A stretch of DNA of 64,000 nucleotides from a bacterium (lineage in GTDB: Bacteria; J088; JAWLBW01): NCBI GenBank assembly GCA_041690355.1, contig JAWLHK010000003.1, forward strand, positions 109,428 to 173,427. The letters run 5' to 3'. Below the pieces are notes generated by a model, which did not search any database, had not been told where the DNA came from, and was given only the letters and a program-made list of their open reading frames with translations. The position numbers and the translations under genes are program-made. Positions 28,138 through 35,839 of the stretch are shown here, one piece after another (position 1 is the first letter of the stretch; every line of letters starts with the position of its first letter).

Positions 28138-29052
28138 CTACTCCCCTCCCGCCGGCAAGGCCGAAGCCGCCGTCGGCTCGGTCGAGGCCGCCGCAGCTGC
28201 CTCAAGCCCGCCGCTCACCGCCGCCGGATAGGTCTCCGCACCGGTCACCGCCGTAGAAAACGACGCCCCGGTTACCGGAGCGGGCGCTTCAGGTTCGGCC
28301 AACGCATCTCCCGCACCGAAGGTATGCGGGAGCGTCGCAAACCACGCCGACGTCCCGGCCGACACCGGCAGCACCACCGGGCGCGATGCCGCCGACTTCG
28401 GCAACGCACTCAGCTCGACCGCGCGCCACTGCGATCCGACCGTGAACGCGAAGCGCGCCGGCTCCGTCACCGTCGCGGGGGCAACGTCGGATGGTTCCCA
28501 GGCCAGCTGCAGGTCGATTTCATCGCGGCCGCGGCCGCAGGGCTGAATGCGCCGCACCAGCTGCGGATCGCCCGCCACAGGCTCGGTGACCGGCCTCGAG
28601 CGCCACCATTCGTAGGCGCCGAGGCCGCCGAGCGGGATGCCGTAGAGCGCCAGGATAGACAGGCCGCGGCCGACGTCGCGCCCCCGAGCCATGCCGATAC
28701 CCACCAGCCCGGCCGTGAGCCCCGCACCGGCATAGCCGCTCCACTTCAGGATCTCGTCGGTGCGCGACAGCTCGCGCCGGATGACGCGGAACCCCGTCTG
28801 GGATTCGACGAGCGAAACATTGCACAGCAGCGGGGCTTCGAGGCGCGCCTGCCAGACGCCGCCGTGCTGCCGGAGCGCCAGCCGCAGCGACTGCTCAGTC
28901 GCGGCGAGCGGAAACGCCTCGAGCGGGCGTTGCTGCATCTGGTGAAAGACCGGCGGCTGCGGAATCGCGCGCACCGGCGCGCAGGCGGTCAGGAGAAGGA
29001 GAAGCGCAACGACGGCAAGTGCGTGCCGGTGCGCAGAGTGTACCCACTGCAT
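28138..29052 (-). CDS. Hypothetical lipoprotein/membrane protein, first gene of the giant-protein operon
   Basis: ATG 29052 (MQWVHSAHRHALAVVALLLLLTAC lipobox). Two internal Gly-rich hydrophobic segments and an Ala/Pro-rich tail. Its stop lies 2 nt before the giant gene ATG. Confidence 0.55.
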   Translation of the reverse strand: MQWVHSAHRHALAVVALLLLLTACAPVRAIPQPPVFHQMQQRPLEAFPLAATEQSLRLALRQHGGVWQARLEAPLLCNVSLVESQTGFRVIRRELSRTDEILKWSGYAGAGLTAGLVGIGMARGRDVGRGLSILALYGIPLGGLGAYEWWRSRPVTEPVAGDPQLVRRIQPCGRGRDEIDLQLAWEPSDVAPATVTEPARFAFTVGSQWRAVELSALPKSAASRPVVLPVSAGTSAWFATLPHTFGAGDALAEPEAPAPVTGASFSTAVTGAETYPAAVSGGLEAAAAASTEPTAASALPAGGE

Positions 29053-29224
29053 GTCGGAGACCCGGTTTGTTGACGGGGAAACGCAGAAATGGGTACAACC
29101 GCAGAATGCGTCGAACGACGACCGCCCTGACAGTCCCAACCGCACACAGAGAGGGATGCAGCTCCCCGCTCCCTCTCCGTGGACCTACCTCTGCCTCACC
29201 CCGAAAACTCTTTGCGGACGCCCG

Positions 29225-29252
29225 TTTATCGAGCGCCCGGATGTACAGTCAA
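29225..29252 (-). promoter_or_regulatory. Candidate sigma70-type promoter for the giant-protein operon (TTGACT-N16-GATAAA)
   Basis: Read on the minus strand about 175 nt upstream of ATG 29052. The -35 lies inside the inverted repeat AGTCAA-N7-TTGACT. Purely a motif match. Confidence 0.25.
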
Positions 29253-29396
29253 GCAGGAATTGACTCGCTGCGCAAGCGTGCGTCAATCCCCCGAACCGCC
29301 GTTGGCATCGGGGCCGACCGCGGGCGGGCACCGACGCGACGATTGCCGGGTGTAGCCGGCGCGAGGCACGCCGGTGTGGCGCGAGACAAGGAAATC

Positions 29397-29807
29397 TCAG
29401 AGCGGCGCGCCCTGGGCGTCGAGCGCCGACGGAATGTACTCCGTGTGCCAGGCCGACCCGTCATATTGGAGCAGAAAGAGGTCGCAGCGGGCCGGAGCAT
29501 CCAGTGCGTGCTCCTGCAGATAGCGTGCGGCCAGCTCGGCCATGCGCCTGCGTTTGCGACCGGTGAGACTCGCGAGCGCGCCGCCGAAGCGTACCGATCG
29601 GCTGGCTCGTACCTCGACGAAGCAGACTACCCCCTCGGGCGAAACGGCGACCAGATCGATTTCGCCGTACCGGCAGCGCCACCGCGCATCCCGAACGACA
29701 TAGCCCCGCGCTTCCAGGTCGCCCCGTGCGACCCGTTCGCCCCACTCGCCGAGTCGCTGCCTGCGACCGACGGCCGACTCCCCCTGCGCGCGCTGTTTTG
29801 CCGCCAT
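29397..29807 (-). CDS. yraN: YraN-family endonuclease (UPF0102)
   Basis: 136 aa. 'GEWGERVARGDLEARGYVVRDARWRCRYGEIDLVAVSPEGVVCFVEVRA'. Confidence 0.8.
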   Translation of the reverse strand: MAAKQRAQGESAVGRRQRLGEWGERVARGDLEARGYVVRDARWRCRYGEIDLVAVSPEGVVCFVEVRASRSVRFGGALASLTGRKRRRMAELAARYLQEHALDAPARCDLFLLQYDGSAWHTEYIPSALDAQGAPL

Positions 29808-29896
29808 GGTTCATCCTGGATCATGCGCCGGCCAGACGCTGTCTGCAAGCCGGGGGCGGCGTGGTAGAATGACCTTTTTTTCACCCCGGACGGCGC

Positions 29897-30685
29897 GTGT
29901 CTTTGGAATCCTGGCTCGCCATCTACCGCGAAGAGCTTTTCCTGCTGTTCCCCCTCGCCACGACGCTGGTCAGCATGGGGGCCTTCGTGCTGTTCGCGAC
30001 CCCGATGACGTGGATCGCCTGGCGCCGCCCCGCCTGGGCAGAGCCCTACCGAATCCAGGAGCGCATCGGTGACGCCCGGCGCATCATCGGCCCGTCCATC
30101 CGCTACTGGCTGGAGAACAACCTGGCCATGACCGCGCTTACCGTTCTCGTCTGGCCGCTGCTGCGCCAGACCGGGATTCACGCCGGTCCCCTCCCCCCGT
30201 GGTACATCATCGCGCTCCAGGTGGTCTTCTTTCTCTACCTCGACGATTTTCTTTACTACTGGATGCACCGCACCCTGCATCACCCCCGCCTTTACCGCAG
30301 AGTTCACGCTGTGCACCATCGGGTCTTCATCCCCTGGGCGGTGACAGCGCACTACATGCATCCAGTGGAATTCATTCTGACGGGGACCCTGGCCCTGCTC
30401 GGCCCGGTGCTGCTCGGCGCCCACGTCGTCACGGTGTGGATCTGGATCGCCTTGCGCCAGTGGGAGGCGGCCGAGGGGCACTCGGGATACAGCTTTCCGT
30501 GGAACCCGTCGCACCTCGTGCCCGGCTACGGCGGCGTGGAGTATCACGACTTCCACCACGCCCGCTTCCGCGGCAACTACAGCGGCTTTCTCGGATACCT
30601 CGATGGCATCTTCGGCTCCTACTCGCCCGGGTACCGCGAGCGCCTGGCGGCGAAGAAGGCCGCGGCCCGGAGCGCCGCCGCGTGA
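29897..30685 (+). CDS. Fatty-acid hydroxylase/sterol desaturase-superfamily membrane protein
   Basis: GTG start at 29897. Histidine boxes 'HRTLHH', 'HAVHH' and 'HDFHH', plus TM helices. Confidence 0.8.
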   Translation: MSLESWLAIYREELFLLFPLATTLVSMGAFVLFATPMTWIAWRRPAWAEPYRIQERIGDARRIIGPSIRYWLENNLAMTALTVLVWPLLRQTGIHAGPLPPWYIIALQVVFFLYLDDFLYYWMHRTLHHPRLYRRVHAVHHRVFIPWAVTAHYMHPVEFILTGTLALLGPVLLGAHVVTVWIWIALRQWEAAEGHSGYSFPWNPSHLVPGYGGVEYHDFHHARFRGNYSGFLGYLDGIFGSYSPGYRERLAAKKAAARSAAA

Positions 30686-31644
30686 GCCCCGCATCGACGG
30701 CACCCCGCGGCCCGGCGGTCATCATCGTGAACCCCCGCAGCGACGGCGGACGCACCGGACGTCACTGGGCGAAGCTCGAACAGCGCATCATTCACGCCCT
30801 CGCCGGCGCGACGACGCCTCCGCAGGTCCGCTTCACCGCCGGCCCCGAAGATGCCGGCCGCCTGGCGCGCGAAGCCGCCCGCGACGGATTCCGGGAAGTC
30901 ATCGCCGTCGGCGGCGACGGCACGATCAACGAGGTCGTGAACGGACTGATTGAAGACGACCGCCCCGTCAATCCCGACTCGGTGCTCTCGGTCGTCATGC
31001 GCGGAACCGGTAACGACTTCCGCAAATCGCTCACCGGTTCCCGCTCGCTCGAGGCCGACCTGCGCGCGCTTGCCTCGCCGCGGGTGCGCCGTATCGACGT
31101 CGGGCGCATGGCGTTCGTCGATCACGCCGGTGCGCCGCGCCTGCGCTACTTCAACAACCTCACGAGCTTCGGCATGAGCGGCGAAGTCGATCGCCGCGTG
31201 AACGCAAGCCGAGCCGGACGCATTCTGGGCGGCAAGGGCGCGTTTCTGCTGGCCACGCTTCAAACGCTCGCCACCTACCGGAATCCCCGCGTCCTTCTGC
31301 GCTGCGACGACGAGCCGTTTTCGAACCAGGCCGTGCGTCTCGTCATCGTCGCCAACGGCTGCTATGCGGGGGGCGGCATGTGCTTCGCCCCCGGCGCCGC
31401 GCTGGAAGACGGGTGGTTCGACGTCGTCATCTTCGGCAATCTCTCGCGCGGCCAGATACTGCGCCACCTGCCCCGTATCTATCGCGGCACCCACCTCGAC
31501 CTGCCGGGCGTTCAGCACAAGCGCGCCCGGCGGATTGAAGCCCGCAGCCACGACACCGTGCTGCTCGACATCGACGGCGAGGCCCCCGGCCGGCTCCCCG
31601 TCACCATCGAAATCCTGCCGCAGATCCTGCCCGTGCGGGGTTGA
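30682..31644 (+). CDS. Lipid kinase of the DAG-kinase catalytic-domain family (YegS/LCB5-like)
   Basis: GTG 30682 overlaps the upstream TGA (GTGA). 'AVIIVNPRSDGG..' and 'VIAVGGDGTINEVVNGL'. The track ORF upstream of 30682 is an overlap shadow. Confidence 0.75.
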   Translation: MSPASTAPRGPAVIIVNPRSDGGRTGRHWAKLEQRIIHALAGATTPPQVRFTAGPEDAGRLAREAARDGFREVIAVGGDGTINEVVNGLIEDDRPVNPDSVLSVVMRGTGNDFRKSLTGSRSLEADLRALASPRVRRIDVGRMAFVDHAGAPRLRYFNNLTSFGMSGEVDRRVNASRAGRILGGKGAFLLATLQTLATYRNPRVLLRCDDEPFSNQAVRLVIVANGCYAGGGMCFAPGAALEDGWFDVVIFGNLSRGQILRHLPRIYRGTHLDLPGVQHKRARRIEARSHDTVLLDIDGEAPGRLPVTIEILPQILPVRG

Positions 31645-31701
31645 CGCCTCGGCCGGACCGCGATACCTTCGGATCAGCCCTACGCCCTCTTGGAGTTCTT
31701 C

Positions 31702-32643
31702 ATGCCGCGCCTCCGGGTCCTGCCCGCCCTCTTTCTGCTGCTCGCCGCCTGCCCCTCGAAACGCGAGGTGGCGCCCCCCACGCCGCAGGCTGCGACCCCC
31801 GAAGAAACGCGCGTCGAACGCGGACGCTATCTCGCCGAGGCCGTCACGGGTTGTCTCGACTGCCACAGCGAGCGCGACTTCGGCGAAGAGGGGGGGCCGG
31901 TCATCCCCGGAGCAGAGTATGCGGGGGGCGCCGTGTACGACGGCGAATTCATGATTCAGGGCCAGGCCATCCCCGGACGCCTGCAGCCGCCGAACATCAC
32001 GCAACACGAAGAGACGGGGATCGGGGCCTGGAGCGACACGGAGATCCTCCGTTCCGTACGCCAGGGGATCGGGCGGAACGACCAGCCCCAGTTTCCGCTC
32101 ATGCCGTACCTGAACTACCGGCAACTGACCGAAGACGACGCCAGCGCCCTGGTGGCCTTTCTGCGCACGATTCCTGCGAAGGAGAACCGCACACTCCCGC
32201 CGCACCTCATGCTCCCCGAAACGGCCCTGGCCGATATTACCGGTCTCCCCCCGGCCCCCATGGCCGTTACCGACACCCGTTCACGGGGAGAATATCTGGC
32301 CACGATCGCCGGCTGCGGCGACTGCCACACACCGCAGGTCGACGGTCGGCCGGATCGCAGCCGCTGGATGGCGGGGGGCGTGCGCATCGCCTCGCCCCGT
32401 TTCGACGTCGTCGTGCCCAACCTGACGCCCGACGCCGACACGGGGATGGGCAAGGCGACCGAAGTGGACTTCTTCCGGGCCATGCGTGAAGGAATCCCCT
32501 TCTCGCGGGGCACCCGCGGCCACGGTGAGAAGATGCATCCGCTCATGCCGTGGATCTTCTACCGGAACATGACGGATGCCGATCTGCATGCCATCTGGAT
32601 CTATCTGCAAAGCCTGCCGCCGGTGCGGATGCAGGTGGAGTGA
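31702..32643 (+). CDS. Dihaem c-type cytochrome lipoprotein
   Basis: ATG 31702 (MPRLRVLPALFLLLAAC). Two CxxCH sites: 'CLDCHSE' and 'CGDCHTP'. Confidence 0.75.
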   Translation: MPRLRVLPALFLLLAACPSKREVAPPTPQAATPEETRVERGRYLAEAVTGCLDCHSERDFGEEGGPVIPGAEYAGGAVYDGEFMIQGQAIPGRLQPPNITQHEETGIGAWSDTEILRSVRQGIGRNDQPQFPLMPYLNYRQLTEDDASALVAFLRTIPAKENRTLPPHLMLPETALADITGLPPAPMAVTDTRSRGEYLATIAGCGDCHTPQVDGRPDRSRWMAGGVRIASPRFDVVVPNLTPDADTGMGKATEVDFFRAMREGIPFSRGTRGHGEKMHPLMPWIFYRNMTDADLHAIWIYLQSLPPVRMQVE

Positions 32644-32651
32644 GGGCTTGA

Positions 32652-32679
32652 ATTCCTGATTCTCAATTCTTGATTCCTG
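32652..32679 (+). repeat. Heptamer tandem array (ATTCCTG-type, 4 units)
   Basis: ATTCCTG ATTCTCA ATTCTTG ATTCCTG, starting 9 nt after the cytochrome c stop. Confidence 0.9.
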
Positions 32680-32716
32680 AGCGGGACCGGCAGGCATCGC
32701 GGCGCAATGCAGCACA

Positions 32717-32758
32717 CTGAGCGCAAAGCGCTAAGCACTAAGCGCTAAGCGCTGAGCG
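32717..32758. repeat. Heptamer tandem array (CTAAGCG-type, 6 units)
   Basis: CTGAGCG CAAAGCG CTAAGCA CTAAGCG CTAAGCG CTGAGCG, read directly. Confidence 0.9.
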
Positions 32759-32788
32759 TGAGGACAACAGTGCCCAGGTCTTTGCTGG

Positions 32789-32834
32789 CAATCGTTACTC
32801 GTCACTCGTCACTCGTCACGTCACTCGTCACTGG
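32789..32834 (-). repeat. Heptamer tandem array (CACTCGT-type, ~6 units) overlapping the apaH 3' end
   Basis: CAATCGT TACTCGT CACTCGT CACTCGT CACG TCACTCG TCACTGG. The last units encode the apaH C-terminal ..SDE and its TGA stop. Confidence 0.9.
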
Positions 32835-33633
32835 TTCGACAGGGCACCTGGTAGACTGTGCGGTCTTCGAGGCGCACCGCCGTGAGCGCATTGCCCCAGA
32901 CGCAGCCGCTGTCGAGCGCCAGCAGATTCGGCCGCATGTGCAGCCCCAATGCCGCCCAGTGACCGCAGACGATCGTAACGCCGGCGCTCGCCCGCTGCGG
33001 CGCGTCGAACCAGGGGAGAAATCCGGCCGGACGTTCCTCGGGCCCCTCGTTGTGCGCGAACTCCATGCGCCCGTCCTTCGTGCAGAAGCGCAGCCGCGTG
33101 AAGGCGTTTGTCAGCACGCGCAGTCGCTCGATTCCCGACAGCTCTTCTCGCCAGGCGTCGGGCAGATTACCCCGCATGCCGCGCAGGTAATTGGCCCGGC
33201 CGCTCCCCTGCAACACCGTTTCGACTTCGCCGGCCAGGCGCACGGCATCGTCGGTCGTCCACTGCGGCAGCAGGCCGGCGTGCACCATGAGAAACTGCTC
33301 ATCGCGTACCACGAGCGGCCGCGCACGGAGCCACGTCAGCAGTGCGTCGCGATCGGAGGCCTCGAGCAGCGCGTCGAAGGTATCGCTGCGCTTGAGCGGC
33401 TCAACCCCCTCGGCCACAGCAAGCAGGTGCAGGTCGTGGTTGCCGAGAACGGCCGTCACGGCATCCTGGTGCTCGGTCACCCAGCGCAGTATCTCCAGGG
33501 AACCCGGGCCCCGGTTCACGAGATCGCCCGCCAGCCACAGCCGGTCGCGCGCCGGATTGAAGTCGATACGCCGAAGCAGAGCCCGGAACGGTTCCCAGCA
33601 TCCCTGGAGGTCTCCGATTGCGTAGGTAGCCAT
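32821..33633 (-). CDS. apaH: Bis(5'-nucleosyl)-tetraphosphatase, symmetrical
   Basis: 270 aa. 'MATYAIGDLQGC...RLWLAGDLVNRGPGSLE..GNHD' metallophosphatase/ApaH motifs. Confidence 0.9.
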   Translation of the reverse strand: MATYAIGDLQGCWEPFRALLRRIDFNPARDRLWLAGDLVNRGPGSLEILRWVTEHQDAVTAVLGNHDLHLLAVAEGVEPLKRSDTFDALLEASDRDALLTWLRARPLVVRDEQFLMVHAGLLPQWTTDDAVRLAGEVETVLQGSGRANYLRGMRGNLPDAWREELSGIERLRVLTNAFTRLRFCTKDGRMEFAHNEGPEERPAGFLPWFDAPQRASAGVTIVCGHWAALGLHMRPNLLALDSGCVWGNALTAVRLEDRTVYQVPCRTSDE

Positions 33634-33716
33634 GGGTAATCAGGGTAGCACTTCGTGCGGCGTGCGCCACGAAGGAGCGAGACAGCGGGGTTTCCGTCCT
33701 TCCCTCCTTCCCTTCG

Positions 33717-33744
33717 CGTTTTTCGTTTTTCGTTTTTCGATTTT
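33717..33744. repeat. Heptamer tandem array (CGTTTTT-type, 4 units)
   Basis: CGTTTTT CGTTTTT CGTTTTT CGATTTT in the apaH/yoaK divergent spacer, preceded by (TCCTTCCC)x2. Confidence 0.9.
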
Positions 33745-33815
33745 CTTGCGGGGGCCGTCCGTGCGACCATGTAGCAAGTACCGCGGCATGTTGCCGCGCT
33801 GCCACCTTCGTCTGG

Positions 33816-34502
33816 ATGCCCTACTCCCGCCATCTCCCCGCTCCGATGCCCCCCGGCGAACGGCGCTGGGTCTTTGCCGGCGCCGCCGCGCTTGCGGGAA
33901 CCGCAGGCTACGTGAACGTGCTCGTCCTGCACTTTTTTCACGTACCCGTCAGCCACATGACCGGCGCGGTGTCGCGCATCGGCATCGACTTTGCCGTGGC
34001 CGACCTTTCCGATCTATTGCTCCTGGCCGGAATTGTCTTCGGATTTCTGACCGGGGCGACCTTATCGGGACTCATCATTGGTTCCGCCGACCTGCGGCCG
34101 GGTCGCCGCTATGGCGTCGCCCTCATGCTCGAGGGGGCGCTTCTGGCCGCGGCGGCCGTGCTCATTCAGCGCGGGCACAGCCTGGGCGTGCCGCTCGCCG
34201 CCTGCGCCTGCGGGGTGCAGAATGCCATGGCGAGCAGCTACTACGGGCTCGTCATCCGCACGACCCACGTGACGGGCATCGTGACCGACATCGGCATCCT
34301 GCTCGGCCACTGGCTGCGCGAACGTCGGGTCGAACCGTGGAAGCTGTCTCTGCTCACCACACTGTTTACCGGCTTTCTGCTGGGGGGCTTCGTAGCAACC
34401 TTCGCCTTCAGCGCCTGGGGCCTGGGCGCACTGAACATCGCCGCGGGCGGATGCCTGTTCTTCGGGGCCGGCTACTTCATGTGGCGGCGGCGGGTCGAGT
34501 AG
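33816..34502 (+). CDS. YoaK/DUF1275-family membrane protein
   Basis: 228 aa. 'AGYVNVLVLHFFHVPVSHMTGAVSRIG' and six TM helices. Confidence 0.8.
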   Translation: MPYSRHLPAPMPPGERRWVFAGAAALAGTAGYVNVLVLHFFHVPVSHMTGAVSRIGIDFAVADLSDLLLLAGIVFGFLTGATLSGLIIGSADLRPGRRYGVALMLEGALLAAAAVLIQRGHSLGVPLAACACGVQNAMASSYYGLVIRTTHVTGIVTDIGILLGHWLRERRVEPWKLSLLTTLFTGFLLGGFVATFAFSAWGLGALNIAAGGCLFFGAGYFMWRRRVE

Positions 34503-34593
34503 CGCGTCACTCGTCGTCGGAGAACGCACAGAGCGCCAAGCACCTGGCGCCAACGAAACAAGGTCCCCCTGCAACAGGTCCTTTCGGATAACG

Positions 34594-34670
34594 CGTCCGT
34601 CAATCGTAAATTGTCAATCGCTTGGGTTCGTCACTCGTAACTCGTCACTCGTAACTCGTCACTTGACAGT
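34594..34670 (+). repeat. Composite heptamer-periodic element, copy A (CAATCGT-type then CGTCACT/CGTAACT-type units)
   Basis: 11 consecutive 7-nt units: CGTCCGT CAATCGT AAATTGT CAATCGC TTGGGTT CGTCACT CGTAACT CGTCACT CGTAACT CGTCACT TGACAGT. Confidence 0.9.
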
Positions 34671-34735
34671 GCGCCTTGCCCTCCGATAGGCTGAATGACC
34701 GTTCATTTAATACCCCTGTTACAGACGAGAGAAAC

Positions 34736-35830
34736 ATGGATTTCCGCCTCGACGACGAGCAGAAAGCTCTGGTCGAAAGCGTCCGGCGATTCGCGGCGAA
34801 CGACATCCGCCCGGTAGCCGGCCCCATCGATCTTGAAGAGCAGAAGCTCGATGCCAAACTCTTCGACGCCGCCGCTTCGCTCGGCCTTCCGCTCGACGCC
34901 GTCCCGGCAGAGTACGAAGGCTATCTCGAAGGGTCGTTCTCGAACCTGAATCGCATTCTGCGCGACGAAATTCTCGGCTGGGGCTGCGCCGGCATCGCGC
35001 ATCAGCTGGAAAGCGGCGTCGACCTGGCCCTGCTTCTTCTCGGCGCCGACAAGGCTGCGCAGGACCGCTGGTTTCCCGCCTTCGTGAAGGCCGGCTACGC
35101 ACGGGCCGCCGTGCTCGGCAACCGCGGCGGCATCGGGGCCCGCGAAGCAGGGGGCAAGGTCGTACTGAACGGCGCCGAAACCGCCGTTCTTCTGGCGCAA
35201 AGCGCCCCCTTCTGGCTCGTTCGCGCCACCGGCGACGCGGGCACGGTCATTGTCGTTGCCGACCGCCCCGACAAGGCAGAACTGACGCCGGTGTCGAACA
35301 CCGGATGGCGCGCCTGCGACGTCGCCGACGTCAAACTGGCCGACGTCAGCCTTGCCGGTGACAGCGTGGTCGCCCGCGGCGAAGCCGCCGACGCGCTCTG
35401 GCAGAAGTTTCTCGACGGCGCCCGCCTGAGCGTCGCCGCCCGCGGGGTCGGCATCGGCCAGGCGGCGGTGGAGTTCGCCCGACAGTATGCAGGAGAGCGC
35501 ATTCAGTTCGACCGGCCGATCGGTAAGTTTCAGGCCATCGGCCAGATGATCGAAGAAAATCAGACCGGCGTCGACGCGGCCCGCTTGCTCGTGCAGCAGC
35601 TGGCCGCCCGCCTCGACGCCGGCGAGAAGATCTCCGACGACATCCGTAAAGCCAAGAACCACGTCGCCAGGACCATCATCCGCGCCACCATCGACGCGGT
35701 GCAGGTGCTCGGCGGCTACGGCTTCGTGAGCGACTACCCCGTGGAAAAATACTTCCGCGACGCCCGCCCTGTCGAGGTCCTCTACGGCCGCGACATCCTC
35801 GACATCCTCATCGACCAGCAGATTGCGTAA
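34736..35830 (+). CDS. Acyl-CoA dehydrogenase-family protein, apparently lacking the catalytic Glu
   Basis: ATG 34736 (MDFRLDDEQKALVESV). ACAD fold motifs are present, but the C-terminal 'VEVLYGRDILDIL' replaces the usual Y/F-E-G-T box. Confidence 0.75.
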   Translation: MDFRLDDEQKALVESVRRFAANDIRPVAGPIDLEEQKLDAKLFDAAASLGLPLDAVPAEYEGYLEGSFSNLNRILRDEILGWGCAGIAHQLESGVDLALLLLGADKAAQDRWFPAFVKAGYARAAVLGNRGGIGAREAGGKVVLNGAETAVLLAQSAPFWLVRATGDAGTVIVVADRPDKAELTPVSNTGWRACDVADVKLADVSLAGDSVVARGEAADALWQKFLDGARLSVAARGVGIGQAAVEFARQYAGERIQFDRPIGKFQAIGQMIEENQTGVDAARLLVQQLAARLDAGEKISDDIRKAKNHVARTIIRATIDAVQVLGGYGFVSDYPVEKYFRDARPVEVLYGRDILDILIDQQIA

Positions 35831-35839
35831 GGTAGCGCC

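Noticed and set aside
17148-28231. Very long alternative-frame and antisense ORFs inside the giant gene (e.g. 25673-28231 + 852 aa, 18662-20872 + 736 aa, 21830-23731 + 633 aa, 17148-19211 - 687 aa, 20973-22379 - 468 aa).
   Set aside because: They are Arg/Gly/Pro/Asp-rich low-complexity translations with no motifs. They all overlap one 14.5-kb frame that has a coherent domain repeat, signal peptide and GC3 bias. They are typical stop-poor shadow frames of high-GC DNA.
30199-30681. Long N-terminal extensions offered by the ORF track for several genes: lipid kinase 30199, cobB to 11207, grx to 42425, DUF1499 to 2507, small lipoprotein to 8667, OM-barrel ORF to 10551, HU to 38955, ABC ATPase to 49513, cysM to 51211.
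   Set aside because: The extensions overlap neighbouring real genes or are Arg/Pro-rich. Internal starts give canonical family N-termini, signal peptides or lipoboxes, often with a visible Shine-Dalgarno sequence.
32717-32758. The CTAAGCA/CTAAGCG units resemble half of the CIRCE heat-shock operator (TTAGCACTC-N9-GAGTGCTAA).
   Set aside because: There is no inverted partner with a 9-nt spacer. The site is between two convergent gene 3' ends, not in front of a chaperone gene. The resemblance is limited to TAAGCAC.
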